The position numbers and the translations under genes are program-made. A stretch of 63,903 nucleotides of DNA, the filler included, from Olpidium bornovanus S191 (taxonomy: Eukaryota > Fungi > Olpidiomycota), in the NCBI GenBank assembly GCA_017911155.1. It is 24 parts of 24 records of this genome, joined end to end, with 100 filler letters (N's around TTAATTAATTAA, not from the genome) between each part and the next. Parts side by side here need not be neighbours in the genome. Positions count along the whole stretch, not along the records: positions 55,047 to 56,738 come from JAEFCI010001344.1; positions 56,839 to 58,185 come from JAEFCI010009072.1; positions 58,286 to 59,464 come from JAEFCI010001494.1; positions 59,565 to 60,587 come from JAEFCI010000886.1; positions 60,688 to 62,218 come from JAEFCI010010138.1; positions 62,319 to 63,903 come from JAEFCI010003417.1; 18 more parts are not named here. One strand, given 5' to 3'. Numbering within the stretch: position 1 is the first letter of the stretch; each line of letters opens with the position of its first letter. Below the pieces are notes generated by a model. That model searched no databases. It saw only the letters and a program-made list of their open reading frames with translations, and was not told the origin of the DNA. Below, piece after piece: positions 56,694 through 63,903 of the stretch.

Positions 56694-59635
56694 CCCCCCA
56701 AAAACGGTTTTTCTCTTTTCCCCCCCCCCCCCCCCGCCNNNNNNNNNNNNNNNNNNNNNNNNNNNNNNNNNNNNNNNNNNNNTTAATTAATTAANNNNNN
56801 NNNNNNNNNNNNNNNNNNNNNNNNNNNNNNNNNNNNNNCATGGCCATTCCTGTGCGGCACTTCTCAAAGCGGGGGGCTGCAGGGACTTTGTGGGTCCATC
56901 CGCCGTGTTTAACATTTTTGGGGATGGGTTTGATTCGAATAAAGTTGTCCGCGACAGATTGAGAGATAAAGTACACACGCACGTCGATAAGCGTGGTTTA
57001 TCCACCTCCACTACTGCCTGGCCAACTGGCGCGCCCTGGTATTATCGATCCGGATAAAAATGACTCCTTTGTCAACACCGAGCTCCACGGTCTTGCCGCG
57101 AAGCCATGTCGCCTCCCAGTCGGCGTCCAATGCGGTAATAGAGTAAAGCTTTTCTGCATGGCGCTTTTCCACAGGAATCTCCCGGCGGTGTCGAGGAAGT
57201 TCCGTGTGCTATCCCCTCACGCGCACCCCGCGTACGCTTCACGGAGGTCGATTCTCCAGATGCCCGGCGGCTCGCGATTTTGGGCAATCAGCTTTCTCTG
57301 CTGGCCCTTCCGTAGGGGCAGTCGTTTCCATTTCTTGCCATTTTATGCCGTGAGCTGCCCATACCAAACACGAACATTTGGCACATGTCTGCTTGGCAGT
57401 AACTGGGTAACTCCTGGAACGAAAGAGACGAAACAATAAAATTTGTGACAGTGGAGTGTAACGAAACAAGTAAAATAACAGCGAAAAAAGTGAAAAAAAA
57501 AACGAACTGTATGCGTGTTTCTGAGGACGGAAGGGCGCAGCTTCGACGTGCAGAGGTCGGGAGTCGGTATCGTTTCCGTCTCCAGCGGAGCAAATGGCGC
57601 TGCCTGCACCGTCGTTCGGTTGTTTGCGTCCGTCGCGACGAGGGCGAGGAGCGGACCGCCGCATCGCCGACAGTGACGACGAAAGGCACGTCAACGGTCA
57701 CCGAAAAAGCCGTGCTACCGGTTGCAGTGCCGGCCGCGTCACCCGTCGCGTCGGCCGTCGCGGGCCCGTTGAGTGATTTGACGAGGCCCGCCCAAGTCTA
57801 AGCTTTCTTGCATTCCAGCTTTACGCGCGTCCTGAGACAATGGCTCTCCTGCTGCTGCAGGGGCTCAAGCCGCCCACACGCGCCTGCCAATCTCTCGAGG
57901 CTCATATAGCAAGGCAGCTGGCCCTCCCGGGCAGGACACAACAGTAGAAAGAGAATGACGTTCTTCTTGGGCACTTTTCGTTCCTTGCGTCGTCGTCACC
58001 GTAATGCCCAAGATACCAGCATACTCAAACAGTGTTGCTCACGAATACGTTTGGTGTGTTAGCATCACACAGCAATGATAACGGCGGAGGAGGCGCGGAG
58101 GGGGGTGAGGCGCGTTGCCCGGCGGGACAGCGCGGAGCTGTTCTGGCGGCATCAAACCATCACGTCTAGCGTGAACTGGACATGGNNNNNNNNNNNNNNN
58201 NNNNNNNNNNNNNNNNNNNNNNNNNNNNNTTAATTAATTAANNNNNNNNNNNNNNNNNNNNNNNNNNNNNNNNNNNNNNNNNNNNCATGGAGTAGGTAGG
58301 GCCAGCCCGGTGGTTTTCGTTCACTTGGGTGCGCGGCCGGGGGTCTTCCTGCCTCCAACGAAGGCGCTGGTCTCACAACGCAAGGTCAGCAAACAAGGAC
58401 GCACGCAGGCGACCGATTAGCGCAAGGGTCTACCCGGCCTCCTTGTTCCGCCGCGGGCATCCGCCGCACGCCGATGCTCCGCCAGACGATCGATGCTGAC
58501 GCGTCCAACAATCGGCGCGCACGTACGCCCCGGCAGGTTCCCGGTTCGTCCCAAAAAACCCCAAACAACAAACGACCCCAAAAAAAAAAAAAAAAAAAAA
58601 CGGAGCGTATTAGCTCATCGAACGCAAAACGGACGGACGATCGAAATTTCCCCCGGGCATCGGAATTTCCGCCGGATAATCTGGATGATCGAGGGGAATG
58701 CGAAAAGAGCGGTAAAAAAAACGGGTGGCACAAATGGACGACGAAACGCAGCTATCGCTGGCGGGCGGCGGTGTTCCAAAGTCTAGCTGAGGTTAAAAAC
58801 GTACCGTCGAAGTGTCGACTTTAATCATCGGGACGGTTGTAACGCGTTGTGAACCTCACGATGCGCTCTACGGGTCACGTGATCGAACCTGCACCGCTGC
58901 ACGCCGGCAAAACCGCAAACAGGAGAAGGAAGGCAGCTAAAAAAAGCCTTCCGTAGCACGTTATCGGCGCCATCAGCTCTCTCCCCGAGCGCCGCATCAC
59001 AATCGCCGCTCCCGTCTGCACCTCGCAGCCGCTGCGCGCGGTCGCCGTCGCCTGCCCGCCTATCACTTCGTATTGCCGTCGACAACGCAGCCTCTCGGCC
59101 GTCGCCGCCGCAGCTACTCGGCCTGCCGCTGTCGCTGCTTCTCGACGCCGCAGTTTCCTCTGCTGCGCAATCAGGTTTAACCAGGATTGTTTGTTGAGAA
59201 GCATAGCCAGAAGATAGTCAATCTTCCGCTCCTCGCTCGGCAGGCCAGTGTCCGCTGCGCGAGGAGGAGTGTTTTGAACCGTATGATGCGCTCTACGAGG
59301 CACGTGAGCAAACCTGCAGCCCTGTCTGGGAGGGCGTGCATACCTATCGTCATTCACAATGATGAAGATGACACGGCTCATTTTAGTCTACATTTGGCAC
59401 TGAATCGCCAAACGTCTGCAAGACTGACCTTAAGAGGTATCTGGAACATCCCCTCTTTCCCATGNNNNNNNNNNNNNNNNNNNNNNNNNNNNNNNNNNNN
59501 NNNNNNNNTTAATTAATTAANNNNNNNNNNNNNNNNNNNNNNNNNNNNNNNNNNNNNNNNNNNNCTCTCTCCCCATTTTTTCTCTTTTGTTTTTTTTTTG
59601 TGTGCGCGCGCGCGCGCGCGATTGGTGGCTTTTGT

Positions 59636-59910
59636 TCACGCGGCGGACGACTGCGGGGACGTCGCGGCGGCGGGGGTCCCGGCGGACTCCGCCTCGCGCA
59701 TGCGCGCCAGCGCGGCGCGGACGGCGAGGTTGGTCGCCCGCTTTCTGTCGGGCCGGAACATGTCCACGCCGAACCGCCGCGACAGCTCCTCCCTCACCTG
59801 CCGCTTCGTCAGGGCGGTGAGGTCCGCGCCGGCTAAGATAGCGTCCACCTCGCGGAAGACATCCTCTTGCGTCGGGAAGGATTCCGCGCCCGCGCCCGGG
59901 GTCCCGGGCT

Positions 59911-59944
<34 letters not shown>

Positions 59945-60587
59945 CGGCGGCCGACTCGCCGTGGCGGACATCGACAACGAGAACGGAGCGGCGGCCAGCA
60001 GCAGGCGGCTGCCGTCACTGCCGGCGGACGCGTTGTAGTCCGCCGCCGCGGCGGGGGCCGGGGCGGCGCCGATCCTCGAGGAGGAGGAGGAGCAGGAGGA
60101 CGACGGCGACGACGTCGTCGCCGCCGTCGCCAGACTGAGGTGGGTGACGGGGAAGATCGGCGACGGAAGCGGCAGGGGGGTCGCGGACCCGAACGAGTCG
60201 TCCGGCGACGCCGCCTGCGCGCGCGGGTGGTACGTGGGTTGAGGCTGGGTCGGGACGCCCCGGTGGTTGAGATAGTTGTGGTCGTGGTCATGGCGGTGGA
60301 CGACGCTGCGCAGCGACAGCGAGTACGACGCGTTCGCGTCGGCGACGTGCTGCTGCGGTGAGGCCGGGTGCTGTTGTTGTTGGTGGCCCAGGTGCAGCGG
60401 GGGCGGTAGGTGCGGCGTGTTCCACGAATGCATCGAGCGCATCGGGCCCGCGCGGTCCGCGAAGGACATGTCCCAGGTCGGCGAGTCGACCTGCGGGCGG
60501 GAGTGTTGCTGGTGCTTCTCGTGCTGCTGCTGCTGCTGCTTCTGCTGGTGAGGCGGGCTTGGCGTGGCCGGCGGCGGGGGCGCGACC
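59636..60587 (-). CDS. C-terminal fragment with DEK_C domain, probably a class V/VII chitin synthase tail
   Basis: FPTQEDVFREVDAILAGADLTALTKRQVREELSRRFGVDM...TNLAV at the C-terminus after a Q/P/S-rich linker. Confidence 0.6.
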
Positions 60588-60959
60588 NNNNNNNNNNNNN
60601 NNNNNNNNNNNNNNNNNNNNNNNNNNNNNNNTTAATTAATTAANNNNNNNNNNNNNNNNNNNNNNNNNNNNNNNNNNNNNNNNNNNNGGATTTGCAGGAT
60701 GCTGTTGCAATCGATCCGTACGTCGCCAATGGAAGGTCTTATTTAGAATCTATCGTGAAGAAGTTCAACGAAGAGGCAAAAAAGCAGGGCAAGCCACTGA
60801 TGCGCATGGTTTGTAAAGGGGGGGAGGTGTGTGGGGGGGGGGGGGGAAGATGTGCGGCGGGCTGTGGGTTTTGCGAGTAGGCTTTGCAATGACATACTGC
60901 GATTACCAGCCACCTATGCCGCCCGTGGACTCTGGGCCTTCGTCTCCTCGAAAATGGGA

Positions 60960-61340
60960 TGGCGAAAAGCGGGTCATGGGAACAGGAGAGAGTGACAGTC
61001 AACGGAGAGACCGGCGGGACCGTCGCGGAGGCCTGCGAGACCGGCTGGATCGCAGGCGCAGCCGGTCGAGATACCGCTCAGAACGCAAGCGCAGCCGGTC
61101 GAGAGACCGCCCAGATCGCAAGCGCAGTCGGTCGAGAGACGATCTAGAGCGCAAGCGCAGCAGGTCTACAGACCATCCAGAGCGCAGGCGCAGCCGGTCG
61201 AGAGACCATCCAGAGAGCAAGCGTAGCCGGTCGAGGGGGCGCAAGCGCAACTGGTCAAGAGATCGGGAGGAGCGCGGTCACAGCCCGTCGCGAAACAATC
61301 GATACCGCGATCGCAGCGGGTCGCCAGCTCATCGCCCGGA
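60960..61340 (+). repeat. RS-rich coding repeat (30-nt/10-aa units RKRSRSRDxxE) of an unidentified protein
   Basis: About five tandem CGCAAGCGCAGCCGGTCGAGAGAC units within ORF 60829-61416. Confidence 0.6.
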
Positions 61341-62318
61341 CCACCGGCGGCGGACAGCACGGCCGACGTCGTGGTCGTCGTGGAGTTCCGACAGTTCGCG
61401 CAGGTCGCGGTCGTAATAAAACATCTGTACATGCTGAAAGTTGTCGAGATATTTCTGGCTATAATTCTGGAGCGTCAAACTTGTAAGGGACGGGTGCGCC
61501 TTCCCACCTGGCGCGATAAAGAATGCACACAGAGGGCGACTTCCGCGACGTTGCTGCGGATGCTGATGATGCTGTCGGGGTCCAGCCCGCGACATCAAGG
61601 GTGGTTCTTCCGAACCTTGCGGAATTTGCTGTTGGGAGCGAGTTCGCGACATCAAAGGAGAATGCTTCCAAATTCGTCGGAATCTACGGCAGAGGTGAGC
61701 CGCCTGCCAGGCTTGCACCGCTCGCGCGCTTGCGCGCGCACATCGACCCGTTGCGGTTGCGCAACGCGCGTCGGCAAACTCAAGATCCGTTTGGGCGCGG
61801 CAGATACGATCAGTGTTCTACTTCCTCTAGGCACCGGAATTCGTATGGTCCAGGGTCCGCCGGGTGGTGTTACTGCAGCACTCGGCAACTTCAATCCGCC
61901 GGGTGAATTCTCTAACATACATCCATCTCGTAAACACTCTGACTCCATATTGGTCGTAGAACACGGGAGAGGGTGGGGGGCCGGGGAAAATGCCTGTTGT
62001 GGAAAAAGGAGTGGGCGCCCAAGAAGGAGAACTCGAAGAAGCTTACGGAGCAAGTTATTTTGTGCCGCCAGACCCAAGGGTGAAGAACCATCAAATAGCT
62101 CACGGCGGAATCGTCGACTCCCCTCCCCTTATATTGCCTTTCGGGCGAGCAGCCGCGGTCGCGGAACACTCGCGATCCTCAAGGGGCGAAGAAGAGGTCG
62201 CGCGTAAAAAAAAAAAAANNNNNNNNNNNNNNNNNNNNNNNNNNNNNNNNNNNNNNNNNNNNTTAATTAATTAANNNNNNNNNNNNNNNNNNNNNNNNNN
62301 NNNNNNNNNNNNNNNNNN

Positions 62319-63076
62319 CCGCAGACAGGATCGACTGCACTTGCACGATTCGCACCACATAGCATTCGAGGGCGATTCCTATAAAGACCAGGCTTAAAAT
62401 AGAAGTGCCCAATGCCAAGCCCTGCGGGGAAGGGCATGGAGAAACACGAAGGAAGACATCAGTTTGCCGGCGTAAAACGAGAAGGACAGGAGGCGGAGAG
62501 GCGGATGAGGGTGGGAAGGACGTACAGTGGTGACCTTGTTGGTATGCATTTCCGCGAACGCCCCGTGACAGATTCCCAAGAACAGTTGGCCCACGGCGAT
62601 AGAGAGCGCAAACCTTAAGCCCCAATGCTGGAGCGTGCTAATAGTATCGTTTGGAAGTTCAGTCGTTCGGTTACCGCGAAGAATTCCAGCGCGGGATCTT
62701 GCGTCTGTCCACAATCAATTGCCAGAGAGACGTATTGTCAACCTTCGGATGAAAAACGATTGTGCCGATGCGTCTGGAAACTTTTCTTGGAGGAACTCCA
62801 TGTCTCACCTTCAATGAAGCCCACCTGAGGCGGGCTACAGGTCACGTTCCCGCGGATGGTGATGCACTCCCCCCAGTAGCTGACGGATACGGCCTCGGGG
62901 ACGGCCTGCTTTCCCGGCGGGGACAACGCGAGCTGGCCGGTGTCGATCGTGACCCTGTACATCGCCAAATCTCTCATGAAGAACTGGGTGCTCCGGATAA
63001 GACCGCCGGCAAACGCCAGCGCAACGACGATGAGGGCCGCCAGCGTCAAGAGCGTGCCGTTTCTGATGTCCGACAT
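62319..63076 (-). CDS. SUR7/PalI (Rim9)-family tetraspan membrane protein, 3' partial
   Basis: TM1 LLTLAALIVVALAFAG, extracellular SYWGEC...CSPPQVGF motif and further TM segments on downstream exons. Confidence 0.7.
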
Positions 63077-63903
63077 GGCAAAGGCGAGATCCGCAATATT
63101 AACGGCGGGTGACGAAGGAAAAGACCAAGCACGATGGGCATTAAACTCGTCCGCGCGCCTAGCGTTTGCTGCAAGTAAACAGCAAGAATGTCGACGTTTC
63201 GGGCAGTATGTCTGTTAACAGGGTAAAAGGTTCGTCAACAAATGACGGCGCAGTTGTGGGACGTTGCTGTCTTGGCTCGGTTCGTGGTGTTTTCCGCGCG
63301 CGCACCGCAGTTATGGGACGCGGGCTCGCACGCTCGGATCGTGGTGTCAGCGTGCACCGCGATTGGGGCGGAGCCTGTCAAATGAAACAAATCGAACGTG
63401 GCCGGCCATTTGCCCAATTAAGCCGGTCGGAAATATTTGAGAACGCGGCCACGTGGGACCGGCAAATCCGGCGGGGTGCGGGCGTGTGTTTATATTTTGC
63501 CTAAAATTCTCGTAACGCGAACCGGTCTGAAATATTTGACGCCGCAGCCACGTGGTTCAGACAGATCCAGCGAACTACGGCTTTTTTTTTTTTTTTTTTT
63601 TTTTTTGTTTTGCCACGGATTCTCAGAAACCCCCAACAATTGTCCTTACTCCGTTCTAGACGGCCGAACAGAACTACTGGTCACTTGGAACAAATCACAG
63701 AAAACAGGACTTCTCCGCAAGGTCCGGAGGAGTTAAACAAACTACTTACCTACTCGGCAACTAGGGATCGCCAGCAACTAGATCATGGCGGCAGCTGGGC
63801 TTCTCCGTCGAATGGCGGCGACACTTCTCGTCCTCGCGTTTGTACAACTTTGCCTTCTCTCGTCGCCTGAAAATCGGTCCGCGTTTGCGCAAGGGAACGG
63901 GAG

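Larger units (their letters stand above)
11632..62318. other. 23 artificial 100-bp contig spacers (44N-TTAATTAATTAA-44N, stops in all six frames); the window is a pseudo-scaffold of 24 contigs
   Basis: Identical spacers start at 11632, 13786, 16574, 22584, 25366, 26946, 28202, 31489, 33366, 34957, 40870, 43139, 44815, 46558, 49718, 51958, 53636, 54947, 56739, 58186, 59465, 60588, 62219. Genes are cut mid-exon or mid-intron at them. Confidence 0.99.

Noticed and set aside
57250-57415. Possible C1 (DAG-binding) domain on the minus strand (TCAKCSCLVW...G.KW...DCP)
   Set aside because: Four of the eight zinc ligands are missing and no supporting gene context exists.

Overview
This is not one continuous locus. 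It is a concatenation of 24 short eukaryotic contigs joined by 23 artificial 100-bp spacers (44 N + TTAATTAATTAA + 44 N), so adjacency across a spacer means nothing. The DNA is GC-rich, intron-rich and fungal. Two cilium-associated gene families suggest a flagellated, early-diverging fungus (inference). Recognisable genes, mostly partial: glycogen synthase (complete), RRP14/SURF6, FCP1, an XRCC4-like gene, ELG1, an ANKS6-like ankyrin protein, OGT, a COX24/mS38-like gene, GEP3/NOA1, AIM24, a lebercilin-FN3 fusion, sphingoid base kinase, PUS1, a large AAA-ATPase N-terminus, a DEK_C tail (probably chitin synthase) and a SUR7/PalI protein. There are several decayed LTR retrotransposons. Most interesting: (1) a Ty1/copia relic with a chromodomain in frame between integrase and RT; (2) a lebercilin coiled coil fused to four FN3 domains; (3) a duplicated TATA promoter, one copy preceded by 17-bp repeat arrays, the other driving a putative spliced 28-codon micro-ORF; (4) an ANKS6-like protein; (5) a gypsy-type gag behind a Ty5/copia-type half-tRNA primer site; (6) an 86-bp dispersed hairpin element. 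No rRNA, tRNA or CRISPR array was supportable. All family assignments come from reading motifs by eye against recalled consensus sequences; no searches were run.
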